A DNA stretch of 64,000 nt from Mobula birostris (taxonomy: Eukaryota). Location: NCBI RefSeq assembly GCF_030028105.1, contig NC_092372.1:137646058-137710057 (forward strand), read 5' to 3'. This document shows positions 1-11,699 of the stretch, in pieces. The position numbers and the translations under genes were made by a program. The first letter of the stretch is position 1. Every line of letters begins with the position of its first letter. The notes under the pieces were generated by a model. It was not told where the DNA came from, made no database searches, and worked only from the letters and a program-made list of their open reading frames with translations.

Positions 1-410
1 AGTTGGACAGGTTGCTGGTGAAGCCACACTTGAAACATGTTGCTAAACTGGAAAGGATGTAGAGAAGGCTTACAAGGATGTTGTCAGGTTTTGAGGGTCT
101 GAGTTATGGGGAGAGGTTGGCTAGATTAGAACTTTATTTGTTAGAGTGTAGGACACTGAGAGGTGTATAAAATCATGAGGATCATGCAGTACTGTGCCAA
201 AGTCACTAGGGTGGCTAAGACTTTTGCACAGTACTGTAGATAGGGTGAAATCACTCAATCTTTTTCCTAGGCTTAGAGAAATCAAGAACTGGAGGGCACA
301 GGTTTAATCTGAGAGATAAAAGGTTTAATAGAAGCGTGAGGGGCAACTTTTTTTTTTTACACAAAGGATGATAGCTATGTGGAATGAGCTGCCAAAGGTT
401 GTTGTCTCTT
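1..410 (+). mobile_element. CR1 LINE 3' fragment
   Basis: Degenerate end of ORF2 (LERM.RRLTRML..., SRTGGHRF, FFTQR..AMWNELP). Confidence 0.8.
187..236. mobile_element. 50-bp Tc1-type MITE (TIR hairpin) inserted in CR1
   Basis: CAGTACTGTGCCAAAGTC...GACTTTTGCACAGTACTG inverted pair followed by TA; same TIR family as 50488-50946. Confidence 0.75.
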
Positions 411-3400
411 TCCATGCTGTATAGCTCTGTTAATTGGTCTCTCACTCTCTCTCTGACCCAATGATTACTTCCAGTGTAGTGCTAAAGAGTAAACTTTTGC
501 TGATTCAGCAATCATCACAATGAAGACTCTCTACAGACTCTAATCACATACTAGATTACCAATGTCCATCAAGAGGAATGAATGGCAAGTGGTCAGCTTA
601 GTAACATTGGCACTAATTCTTGATTTCATTTGAAAGTGTACATGTCAATGCAAAATCAGGATGGAAGTGATCAGGTGAGATGCAATCAGACTGTTGCTCA
701 TGTTCTGCCATTGCTCGCCTTTGATGAGACCTCTCAGCTGAGATAGCAGGGGATGGCCACTGAAATAGCTCCATTGTTCAGACAGGTATCTAATACAATT
801 GGTGAAAATTGTATCAGATGATCTACACTTTGGCTGGAAAATTGTGTGGAGGGTGTTATCACATTGCAATGGAATAAGTTATGCTAGTGAATTAATGTAT
901 GCCTGATAGGTAATATTGCCAGTGGAAATCTATAAAATTGTGCAGTACATCTAGTACTATTATTACCTGTGCCAGTTCAGTCCAATGTTCCATTATATGG
1001 CTATGTTCTCTGGGATGCAACAGAGACCTTTTGTAACTGGTGGACACTGAGACATAAGGATGACTAGGTGCTGTAACTTTCAGTTTGATGCAAAACATCA
1101 GTGCACTGGACGGGAAGGCTGCTCTTTATAAACAGAAAATGTACTCTCCCGCTTGCCCCATTCTATATTGTAATTTATATAGGAAAAGGTATTTAGGGGA
1201 TTTAGGATTTAGGCTTAAGATTTTTTGAGGCCAGATGTGCATGAAGCCTTCTTAGTGAATCATTTCTTGAGGTAGGCTTCAAGCACATGTAGTCTCATAT
1301 CCTGTTCAGTCATTTTAAATTTCACATAATTGTCTTTATCCTCATTACCATCCGTTACAGTCGGCAGATAGTGTGATACATTTTGTAAACATCAATATTA
1401 AACTTAAAACTTAAGAAGCCAAAAGCTCATTATCAATGACCATAGTAGCCACAAATACACAGTTACTTCATACTTTTATAGAGACCACAAGCTCAATCTG
1501 TGCTGCTTCAGGATTTCCATCTTTGTGCCTCTTACACTGTATTTCATGCTGCTTTGCATCCCATTTTGAGTTTCTACATATGCTGAAACTTTCCTGTTGT
1601 CCTTTTTGAAATAATGAGGTCATCTTCTCTAACTTTTCCTTCCTGGATTGTCTTTAGAACCAGCTAGGCCTCTATGACTTTTGATGTCTCTTTCTCCTGT
1701 TGTTACCAGTTCAGTTCAATGTCTCATTATATGGCTGTGTTCCCTGGGATGCAATAGAGATCTTTTGTAGCTGGTTTACACTGAGCTACATCAGTAAATT
1801 ATAGCACTCTGCGATATCTTTCTTAGGATATTTACAGGCCTTGAATTGCCCCAAATCTCTATGTAGTTCTCACTTAAAATATTCAACTCAATCACTGCTT
1901 GATTCAGTACTTTCAATAATATTGTAATGGCAACAGCCTTGTAAGCACTGAGGTCTTTCCCAGAACTGTCAGGAAGTCTAGAGGAGAGTTAGCCCAAATG
2001 CAGAGCAGAGGAGATGATTTAGCAGTGAGCGATAACCTTAATAATCAACTGCAAAATAACAAGCCTCAAGGGGCATGTAACAAGGGAGAACAGATACAAA
2101 TCCCACAGGCAACAGGATAACTGAAAGCTAGGACCAGCTGGTTGAGGCAGGCTAGTTAGTATGAGTGAAAAAGGACTGTGGATGATAGCTGGGTTTTAAA
2201 TGGGCTGCAGGTGGCGAGTTAGAGGTGAGTGGCAAGTGACTCCTGTTAACTGAACGTGGACTGGGAAGAGCCTGCATGTGCAGACCTGACAAGACCCCTC
2301 CGCCCCCAACCCTCAACCCCCATGGCCAGCCTTGGACAATCTGGATGGGTCCAGTGGTACTCCTCAATGAGCGATGGATCCAAGATGTAACAGGGTGGGC
2401 ACCCAAGACCTCTCCGCTGGGCTGTACCGTTCCTAGTCGACCAGGTACTGCACTCCCCATCCACGACGATGTGAATCCATCAACCAGTACACCGTATACA
2501 ATGGACCACCTTCCACCATACTTGTTTCCAGAGGTGCTGGCTCAGGTGGGTTGAGTGGCCCATGGACAATGGGCTTGAGGCAGGACATGTGGAAGGTAGG
2601 TGAGATCTTAACAGATTCTGGCAGTTGGAGGTGGTAAGTGACCGGATTGATACAATGGGTAATCTTGATGGGCCCAATGAACTGGGGCAACAGCTTGCCT
2701 GAGTCGGTGTGCAAGGGTGGATCACGGGTATTCAGCCTGACACAGTCCCCAGGCCAGACGACCTACTCCTGCTCCTATTTCTTATTTTCTAGCTGCATGG
2801 GTTCTGCAGGCCTTAACGCAGAAGGTCCTGTAGCCTGAAACGATTCTGGGAATGGAACTGGAGGTCTATCTGATGATCTGGAGGGTTGCTTCATAAGATG
2901 CTTGTTAACTTGGAATGCAGAGTGATGAGGCTTTCACGGTGGATCACCTGGGGAGACAGCTGATCTTTAAAGTGTTCTGAATGGCAGTGATGGTGATGGG
3001 CCAGCAGTGATTCCACATTCTATCTGTACTCCACCAAGGTGGTCCTGAATTCCTCTATGTAATCGAGCACCGAGCGTGAGCCTTGATGCAGGCGAAGTAT
3101 CCGATGCACTCCCCTCTTCCACTTCCCGGATGGTTGAAAACCTGGTGCGTCTCAGCAGTGAATTCCTCATATTTATTGCAAATGGTGGTCTTATTGTCCC
3201 AGTTAGTGGCGGCCCAAGTCACTCAGTCAAGAAAGAGATGATGAAGGCAATCTTGGCTCATTCCGCGGAATACACGAATAGCTGGAACTCGGAAGTGTAA
3301 GTTGCACGAGGACAGTATCGGGTGGGGGATCCAAGGTGGGAGCTCAGTGCTCAGAAGCAGGAAGCTGACTGCCGTCAGGTGCTGTGTCAAGATGGAGAGC

Positions 3401-3593
3401 TGGTGTAGAGTGGCAAGCAGGTGGTCAATGGCTCCCTGCTGCTTGCAGATCGTGTGCTCATGTTGACAGACAACTTCCTTTAAACGAGCACACTCTGCTG
3501 GGTGAATTGATGGTTCACTCATCCTGTCAGGAAATGTAGAGGAGGCTAGACCTGAAACAGAGCAGTGGATATGATTTAGTGATGAGCGATAAC

Positions 3594-6298
3594 ATAGAAC
3601 ATAGAATGGTACAGCACAGTACAGGTCCTTCGGCCCACAATGTTGTGCTGACCCTCAAACCCTGCCTCCCATATAAGCCCCCACCTTAAATTCCTCCATA
3701 TACCTGTCTAGTAGTCTCTTAAACTTCTCTAGTGTATCTGCCTCCACCACTGACTCAGGCAGTACATTCCACGCACCAACCACTCTCTGAGTAAAAAACT
3801 TTCCTCTAATATCCCCCTTGAACTTCCCACCCCTTACCTTAAAGCCATGTCCTTTTGTATTGGGCAGTGGTGCCCTGGGGAAGAGGTGCTGGCTATCCAC
3901 TCTATCTATTCCTCTTATTATCTTGTACACCTCTATCATGTCTCCTTTCATCCTCCTTCTCTCCAAAGAGTAAAGCCCTAGCTCTCTTAATCTCTGATTG
4001 TAATGCATACTCTCTAAACCAGGCAGCATTATGGTGTATCTCCTCTGTACCCTTTCCAATGCTTCCACATCCTTCCTATAGTGAGGCGACCAGAACTGGA
4101 CACAGTTCTCCAAGTACAGCCTAACCAGAGTTTTATAGAGCTGCATCATTACCTTGCAACTCTTAAACTCTATCCCTCGACTTATGAAAGCTAACACCCC
4201 ATAAGCTTTCTTAACTACCGCATCCATCTGTGAGGCAACTTTCAGGGATCTGTGGACATGTACCCCCAGATCCCTCTGCTCCTCCACACTACTAAGTATC
4301 CTGCCATTTACTTTGTACTCTGCCTTGGAGTTTGTCCTTCCAAAGTGTACCACCTCACACTTCTCCAGGTTGAACTCCATCTGCCACTTCTCAGCCCACT
4401 TCTGCATCCTATCAATGTCTCTCTTCAATCTCTGACAATCCTCTACACTATCTACAACACCACCAACCTTTGTGTCGTCTGCAAATTTGCCAACCCACCC
4501 TTCTACCCCAACATCCAGGTCGTTAATAAAAATCACAAAAAGTAGAGGTCCCAGAACAGATCCTTGTGGGACACCACTAGTCACAATCCTCCAATCTGAA
4601 TGTACTCCCTCCACCACGACCCTCTGCCTTCTGCAGGCAAGCCAATTCTGAATGCACCTGGCCAAACTTCCCTGGATCCCATGCCTTCTGACTTTCTGAA
4701 TAAGCCTACCATGTGGAACCTTGTCGAATGCCTTACTAAAATCCATATAGATCACATCCACTACACTACCCTCATCTATATGCCTGGTCACCTCCTCAAA
4801 GAATTCTATCAGGCTTGTTGGACACAATCTACCCTTCACAAAGCCATGCTGACTGACCATGATCAGACCATGATTCTCTAAATGCCCATAGATCCTATCT
4901 CTAAGAATCTTTTCAAACAGCTTTCCCACCACAGACGTAAGGCTTGCTGGTCTATAATTACCTGGACTATCCCTACTACCTTTTTTGAACAAGGGGACAA
5001 CATTCACCTCCCTCCAATCCTCCGGTACCATTCCCGTGGACAACGAGGACATAAAGATCCTAGCCAGAGGCTCAACAATCTCTTCCCTCGCCTCGTGGAG
5101 CAGCTGGGGGAATATTCCGTCAGACCCCGGGGAGTTATCCGTCCTAATGTATTTTAACAACTCCAACACCTCCTCTCCCTTAATACCAACATGCTCCAGA
5201 ACATCAACCTCACTCATATCGTCCTCACCATCATCAAGTTCCCTCTCATTGGTGAATACCGAAGAGAAGTATTCATTGAGGACCTCGCTCACTTCCACAG
5301 TCCCCAGGCACATCTTCCCACCTTTATCTCTGATCGGTCCTACCTTCACTCCTGTCATCCTTTTTTTCTCCACATAATTGAAGAATGACTTGGGGTTTTC
5401 CTTTACCCTACTCGCCAAGTCCTTCTCATGCCACCTTCTTGCTTCCCTATATTCTTCAATAGACCCATCTGATCCTTGCTTCCTAAACCTCATGTATGCT
5501 GCCTTCTTCCACCTGACTAGATTTTCCACCTCACTTGTCACCCATGGTTCCTTCACCCTACGATTCTTTATCTTCCTCACCGGGGCAAATTTATCCCTAA
5601 CCTTCTGCAAGAGATCTCTGAACATCCACCACATGTCCATAGTACATTTCCCTGCAAAAACATCATGCCAATTCAAACCCACAAGTTCTAGCCTTATAGC
5701 CTCATAATTTGCCCTTTCCCAATTAAAAATTTTCCTGTCCTCTCTGATTCTATCCTTTTCCATGATAATGCTAAGTGCCAGGGAGCGGTGGTCACTGCCC
5801 CCCAGATGCTCACCCACTGAGAGATCTGTGACCTGACCCAGTTCATTACCTAGTACTAGATCCAGTATGGCATTCCCCCTAGTCGGCCTGTCCACATACT
5901 GTGACAGGAATCCGTCCTGGACACACTTAACAAACTCTGCCCCATCTAAACCCTTGGAACTAATCAGGTGCCAATCGATATTAGGGAAGTTAAAGTCACC
6001 CATGATAACAACCCTGTTATTTTTGCACCTTTCCAAAATCTGCCTCTCAATCTGCTCCTCTGTATCTCTGCTGCTACCAGGGGACCTATAGAATACCCCC
6101 AGTAGAGTAACTGCTCCCTTCCTGTTCCTGACTTCCACCCATACTGACTCAAAAGACGATCCTGCTACATTACCCACCATTTCTGTAGCTGTAATAGTAT
6201 CCCTGACCAGTAATGCCATCCCCCTTCCCTTTTTTCCGCCCTCTCTATCCCTTTTAAAGCACTGAAATCCAGGAATATTGAGAATCCATTCCTGCCTT
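3594..6298 (-). mobile_element. Young 5'-truncated CR1 LINE inserted in the chromovirus 5' LTR
   Basis: (TTCTATG)n-type tail at 3594; flanked by ATAAC on both sides; contains the 854-aa ORF. Confidence 0.95.
3655..6219 (-). CDS. CR1 ORF2: partial APE endonuclease plus reverse transcriptase
   Basis: Motifs MGDFNFP, LDLVL, SDH (endonuclease); PGNYRP, DFSKAFD, GVPQGSVLGP, KFADDT (RT). Open over 854 aa but N-terminally truncated. Confidence 0.93.
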   Translation of the reverse strand: MALLVRDTITATEMVGNVAGSSFESVWVEVRNRKGAVTLLGVFYRSPGSSRDTEEQIERQILERCKNNRVVIMGDFNFPNIDWHLISSKGLDGAEFVKCVQDGFLSQYVDRPTRGNAILDLVLGNELGQVTDLSVGEHLGGSDHRSLALSIIMEKDRIREDRKIFNWERANYEAIRLELVGLNWHDVFAGKCTMDMWWMFRDLLQKVRDKFAPVRKIKNRRVKEPWVTSEVENLVRWKKAAYMRFRKQGSDGSIEEYREARRWHEKDLASRVKENPKSFFNYVEKKRMTGVKVGPIRDKGGKMCLGTVEVSEVLNEYFSSVFTNERELDDGEDDMSEVDVLEHVGIKGEEVLELLKYIRTDNSPGSDGIFPQLLHEAREEIVEPLARIFMSSLSTGMVPEDWREVNVVPLFKKGSRDSPGNYRPASLTSVVGKLFEKILRDRIYGHLENHGLIMVSQHGFVKGRLCPTSLIEFFEEVTRHIDEGSVVDVIYMDFSKAFDKVPHGRLIQKVRRHGIQGSLARCIQNWLACRRQRVVVEGVHSDWRIVTSGVPQGSVLGPLLFVIFINDLDVGVEGWVGKFADDTKVGGVVDSVEDCQRLKRDIDRMQKWAEKWQMEFNLEKCEVVHFGRTNSKAEYKVNGRILSSVEEQRDLGVHVHRSLKVASQMDAVVKKAYGVLAFISRGIEFKSCKVMMQLYKTLVRLYLENCVQFWSPHYRKDVEALERVQRRYTIMLPGLESMHYNQRLRELGLYSLERRRMKGDMIEVYKIIRGIDRVDSQHLFPRAPLPNTKGHGFKVRGGKFKGDIRGKFFTQRVVGAWNVLPESVVEADTLEKFKRLLDRYMEEFKVGAYMGGRV

Positions 6299-6419
6299 TA
6301 ATAACTTTAATAATCAACTGCAGAATGACAATCCACAAGGGCCCATGTAACAAGAGAGAACAGATTCTAAACTTACAGACAACAAGGTACCTGAAGGCTA
6401 GGAGCAAGTGGTTGGTTTG

Positions 6420-6762
6420 TATACTTTATACTTTTATACTTTATATTTTATTGTGCCAAACAATTGATACTAAAACATACAATCATCACAGCGATATTTA
6501 ATTCTGTGCTTCCTGCTCCCTGAATTACAAATCGATAGTAAATATTAAAAATTTAAATGATAAATCATAAATAGAAAATAGAAAAATGGAAAGTAAGGTA
6601 GTGCAAAAAAACCAATAGGCAGGTCCGGATATTTGGAGGCTACGGCCCAGATCCGGGTCAGGATCTGTTCAGCAGTCTTATCACAGTTGGAAAGAAGCTG
6701 TTCCCATATCTGGCTGAATGAGTCTTCAAGCTCCTGAGCCTTCTCCCGGAGGGAAGAGGGAG
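6420..6762 (-). mobile_element. Rex1/L2-like LINE 3' end inserted in the chromovirus 5' LTR
   Basis: (ATACTTT)n tail on the + strand and PLPSGRRLRSLK...NSFFPTVIRLLN C-terminal coding remnant; LTR similarity resumes afterwards. Confidence 0.75.
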
Positions 6763-7809
6763 AACAAGGATTATGAATGAGAGCTGGGGTTTAATGGGTT
6801 GCAGGTGATGAGATAGAAAAAATGGTTAACTGAATGGAGATTGGGAGGAGTCTGCATGTGCAGGCCTTACAAGAACTCGTACAGCCTTAACTTCTGTCCC
6901 TCGGTATTGTGTGTACCAGACTTAACGAAAGTTGTCACACTATACGGTTCTATACTGAGCCTCTTGACTCCACTGTCCATAGATTTTTGTAATGGCAGAG
7001 TGGTTGCTTGATGTTGCAATGAACTGGACCCCTCACTCACACTGTTTGAACATATTATGAACTCATCCTATTAACTGATGTTTACCATGGACTGTCCTTC
7101 ATTGCAGACATCTCACCCTGCTATAACTTTCTGATTTTACTTTGTAAACTTCTTTCTCAATCCTGGGATGAGCCTCCACCACTCATGTGCATCTTAGGTA
7201 ACACCTTTTTGCAGTATCCCACCTTTTTGCTCCTGAATCTTCCCACTGAAATACAGTTCCTGATTTCTTTACTTCTGAAGTGTCCTCCTCTTTGTGGGGT
7301 TTAAATTGTTAAAAGTTCATGTTGTTTCAAATTACAAAATAAATTAACTGATTAAAAGACTTTTCCATGAATAATAAAGCTTCAAAGCTTAGAAATTAGA
7401 AGGAAGTAGGAAAAATGTTCTCCAATGTATGTATTATAGCCATTAGCCACGACATATCAACCCTTTATATGCGATAACAGTGCAATAAAATTCACAATGA
7501 TGCCTTGGATTATTTAAACACTGTTCATAATTTAATCATGGCAAAAGTTAGGAGGAAATTTGAAAAGTTGATTATTTAGAGTATGAGGCACGTTTATTTA
7601 AACAGACCTGTTTTAATAACTCAAATCTTACAGCTAAAAGTTTGCCATTTGCCCACAGATACATTCTTCAATTCATAAACTGTAGTATAGGTTGGCATTT
7701 AAAAAAGTAACTAATTTGTCAAAGTCATGGCCCACAAGGACAGCAAAGATCCCAACTAATAACTATTCATTAGCTGTTTTTCTAAACAACAGCTTATTTA
7801 TCATTCTGT

Positions 7810-8036
7810 GGTGGCATCCATTAGTCTCGCGAGACCATGGACCTGTGCCTGGAAAGGTTCTCCAGGGCACAGGCCTGGGCAAGGTTGTACGGAAGACCAG
7901 CAGTTGCCCATGCAGCAAGTCTCCCCTCTCTACAACACCGACGTTGTCCAAGGGAAGGACAAGGGCCGATACAGCTTGGCACCAGTGTCGTCGCAGGAGT
8001 TGCCAGAATGAGGTTGAAGGCAATGTCGGACTGCCT
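7810..8036 (-). mobile_element. RTE-type LINE/SINE 3' tail
   Basis: Reverse complement is similar to the 3' half of the SINE at 9860-10030. Confidence 0.7.
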
Positions 8037-8479
8037 TAGAGACTCTGTAAGGCTTAGGAAATAGAAGAAACATTTGATATTCTTCAACAACTGGATCAAT
8101 ACATCAATTTTTCATATTACTTTGCCTCTAATAAGCTTACATGCCTTTGTCTTTATTAATATGAGTAGTTCCACATCAAAGTTCAATCTTTTCCCCAAAA
8201 GACACTGAAACTTTTTGGAATTTATTGCAACAAGCATTAGCTGACAATAAGAACATCCTGCTATTTTGGCCTGCCTGACTGAGTGGGCCAGTCTCCCATG
8301 CTAAGTGCCACAATGTAATCTGATCTTTTTTGCACCTGGCATCTACCTCTGCAAACTGGCCAGAAATGCATTTCATATTTCACATTTTCTAATGGCTTAG
8401 AAGGTGGTCATTCAGCTTATCAAGTCTATGCTGGCAACTGAGCAATTCCATTCTAATTATTTTCCTGTGATGTATCTTC

Positions 8480-8670
8480 ACTTACATGTCACCAGCTCTG
8501 TCCTGATTCCCTTCCCATCCACCAACACTAAGGGTAGTCTCCATTGGTCAATTAATCTACCAACCAGAATATCTTTGGAAGAAGTAAGAAAACTGGAGCA
8601 TTAGAGGCAACATACAGGAAAAGCATGAAAATTTCACATGGACAGTATGGGAGATCAGAACTCCAGCTTG
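8480..8670 (-). mobile_element. Degenerate V-type SINE fragment
   Basis: Resembles the copies at 59820-60110 and 62810-62958. Confidence 0.5.
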
Positions 8671-8879
8671 CTTGGAGTTAATATGTACTATTTTCCAGCA
8701 AACAGGAGAAAATATTCAGGATTGGCATTTCTCTCTTCAACCAATCCATTATTAATTATTACATTTCCTCCCACAACAGTAAAGCATAACAGACCAAGGA
8801 GCAAGCTTTGACTCTTCATGCTCATTCTGCCATTTGGTAGATCACAAATCATTCTTCCAATCTCAAGGGACCCCAGACC

Positions 8880-9075
8880 AAAAAAAATACAACTGCTGGT
8901 AGAAATCAGGCAGCATTTGTGGAAGCCAAGGGAGAGTTGACATTTCAGTTTGAGACCCTGCACTTGGGAGTGGTTATTCATTTGATTCTACAGATGTTGC
9001 CTGACCTTCTAAGGTCCTCCAGCAGTTTGTTTTTGATTTACTCCAGTTTACAGCATCTGTAGTCTCTTGCATTTC
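8880..9075. mobile_element. Palindromic PLE terminal-repeat derivative
   Basis: AACTGCTGG..TCAGGCAGCATTTGT arm with an inverted arm ACAGATGTTGCCTGA..CCAGCAGTT. Confidence 0.65.
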
Positions 9076-9740
9076 AAGAGACTAGAGGTTTAGTCTGCTT
9101 AACCTCATAGGACAAATAAGACATCAATCCAGTGAATGCTCACTGTCTCTATCAGAAGGAATATCCTTCCTTAGAAAGGATTTTTCCACATTATATTGCA
9201 AGTATTATGTCCTCACCTATTCACACTGAATTAAAAATATTATACTCTAACCTGTCTATATCTCCCTGAACCCTCTGTGCATCAGCCCTACGGTTGACTC
9301 TGGCACCCATATTTGTAACAGCATCCTTGAATATGTTATAGATTTCCCCCTCATTCAAATCGTTACTGTGATTGTGAACTTCTGGGGCTACAACACCTTA
9401 TCAGAGACACCATTTATTCCCAAAATCTGAATTTGAAATTGACTCATTTATTTCTACTCCCTTTGCTGTGTGTTAACCAGTCTGTGCTAGAATATTACTC
9501 CATATTTTGTGTGTCAGACTGTTTTTAAATAATATCTTGATTTGAACTCTTTTGAAAGTCTTCTAAAGGTGCAAATGTACTGCTTTGACTTTATCTATTC
9601 TAATAGTTAAAGTCTCAAAAAGCTCTATAGATTTACCAAATATGACTTTTCCTTCATAAATCCAGGTGGACTTTGTCCATTTCTACTATTATTCTCTATA
9701 TGCCTCCTTACCACTTCCTTAATAATAATAATAATAATAG

Positions 9741-10040
9741 TGTTGGCGCGTGGCCAAGTGGTTGAGACATCGGTCTAGTGATCTGAAGGCCGATAGTTCG
9801 AGCCTCAGCTGAGGCAGCACGTTGTGTCCTTGAGCAAGGCACTTAACCACACATTGCTCTGCGACAACACCAGTGTATCGGCCCTAGTGCCCTTCCCTTG
9901 GACAACATCGATGGTGTGGAGAGGGGAGACTTGCAGCATGGGCAACTGCCAGTCTTCCATACAACCTTGCCCAGGCCTGCGCCCTGGAAACCTTCCAAGG
10001 CACAAATCCATGGTCTCACGAGATGCCTATAAAAAAAAAA
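9741..10040 (+). mobile_element. tRNA-derived SINE with RTE-like tail
   Basis: A box (TGGCCAAGTGG), B box (AGTTCGAGCC), central GTGTCCTTGAGCAAGGCACTTAACC domain, poly(A) end; inserted in an old CR1 remnant. Confidence 0.85.
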
Positions 10041-11544
10041 TAATATCTGGCATTCTCAATACTATTCATGTCACACTAATTGATCTCAGATACAGGTTAT
10101 TTTCTTCCCCTCCTTCCTTAAAAACTCTTATCCAGATTGTGGTCAGTAAAAATGGATAACAAATCTAAGCCTTTCAGATCTCTGTGGGTGAACTCCACTG
10201 TGGCCATTAAGCAGGCATGTATGGATTTAAAACTAATAATACAGAGTACCCATTCAGTACTTAGCAGTGATGATGAGGTTGAATGAATTCATTTCACCAT
10301 TGTTTGAAATGAAATAGCTTCACTGCATTAGTGTCCATCTCATTTTCTAAAACAACCTATTCATATTGCCAATCTATTATTCCTTTGGGTTTCTTTGACT
10401 TTTTGTCCTATGTATCTATTCAATATTATAATCGATTCTATTCTTGAAACATGTCCATACTGTCTCAATGCTTTTCTTGATCTTCTCTGGAAGCACGGCC
10501 TCTTATTCAAGCTATTTTCTTATGTTGCAGTTTGAGATGAAATAATTCTTTCTTGTTTTTGGCTCATTTGGGAGGTGTTATTCCATTTTTTCAACCAAGG
10601 ACAAGTCATTTGTGGTATTTTGGGTGTTCATTATCCCTGAGTTACCTCAATTTCATCTCTGAAAATGTGGTTATTATCTTCAGTAGCCATACTCAGGTAA
10701 ATATGTTCTAAAATTTTAACATTGTTAAAGTAGACTGATTTTTGTTAGGAATTAGTCTAGTATACCCTCACTAAATTAATGTAATTTTTAAACGAAATGA
10801 TTAAGATAAGCTAATTCACAGCTGATGTATAGGGCACATACACTTAACGTAAAAGTACATTTTTAACCCATAAGTCTAGTTTAGCTGCACTAATCACTTT
10901 ACTGCTTTTAAGCACAATTTTAATATAGTAGTAATAATTTTAAAATAAGTTTAAGATTTATTTTTGTTTGAAGCAGAATTTTATGTTTGTGATTATATTT
11001 GAGATTTTATATTGGAAAACTGAGTTCAAGTTTAATTTGTAACTATTTGTGCAGAAAGTGGAAATTCATCCCCTCTACCTCTTACACCTCAATATTATTA
11101 TTATTTTGTTCAGACTAAACTCTGCTGACCTGGTGGTGTTCTTTTGTTTGTAATATGAGAAAGATTGTGAATCTACACTTTATAAATATTGTCGCAACAA
11201 CCTAAAAAGAGTAGTCTGCGGCAGGGAATGGTTGTGGCGGGGAACAGATAACAGGATGCCAGAGAGAGTTAACTATGATTTTCCATCTAGTATAATTAAG
11301 GAATAGAAAGCATATGGACTGTACATCTGTGATTTCCTGAGATGGACTCCCTGCTAACACACCCTGTTGGGAATGCTGGAGTGGAAAATTGCCTCAGTCT
11401 TCCTTGATTATAAGTTACCAACGTACAAAAACTGTGACTATTTCATCCTTAACATGCAAATTAAAGTTATTTTTTTTGCAGTGAAGTAGATTTCTCTGTT
11501 GAAATAAACAAGTAAAAGTTTGCCAGCTATCAGAAGACTCTTAA

Positions 11545-11699
11545 ATGAATAGGTCAGGATTTTATCCCTTGGAACATAGACGATTGAGGAGAGATTTGAT
11601 AGTGGTATACACAATTATGAGGGGTATAAATAGGGTAAATGCAAAGAGGCTTTTTCCACTGAGGTTGGGTGGGAGTACAACTTAGGGTCATGGGTTAAG
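11545..11699 (+). mobile_element. CR1 3' fragment, left part (continues at 13637-13810)
   Basis: CR1 C-terminal remnant split by a LINE insertion, with TSD GGGTTAAG at 11692-11699 and 13637-13644. Confidence 0.8.

Larger units (their letters stand above)
1967..6871 (-). mobile_element. Internally deleted Ty3/Gypsy chromovirus (sushi-like) LTR retrotransposon with nested insertions
   Basis: 3' LTR 1967-2291 (TGTCAGG...CCTGACA); interrupted 5' LTR 3525-6871; TSD AGAAC at 1962-1966 and 6872-6876; purine tract beside the 3' LTR. Internal 2292-3524 holds a gag-like start (HPAE, AKIAFIISFL) plus integrase GPY/F (KLLPQFIGP..TYHLQLP..ISPTFHMSCLKP) and a chromodomain (QYLVD*E.YSPAERSWVP). Confidence 0.9.

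Noticed and set aside
3655-6219. Host gene or domesticated RT
   Set aside because: Typical 5'-truncated CR1 with tail and flanking duplication.
9744-9815. tRNA gene
   Set aside because: Has A/B boxes but runs into SINE body and poly(A), with no convincing cloverleaf.
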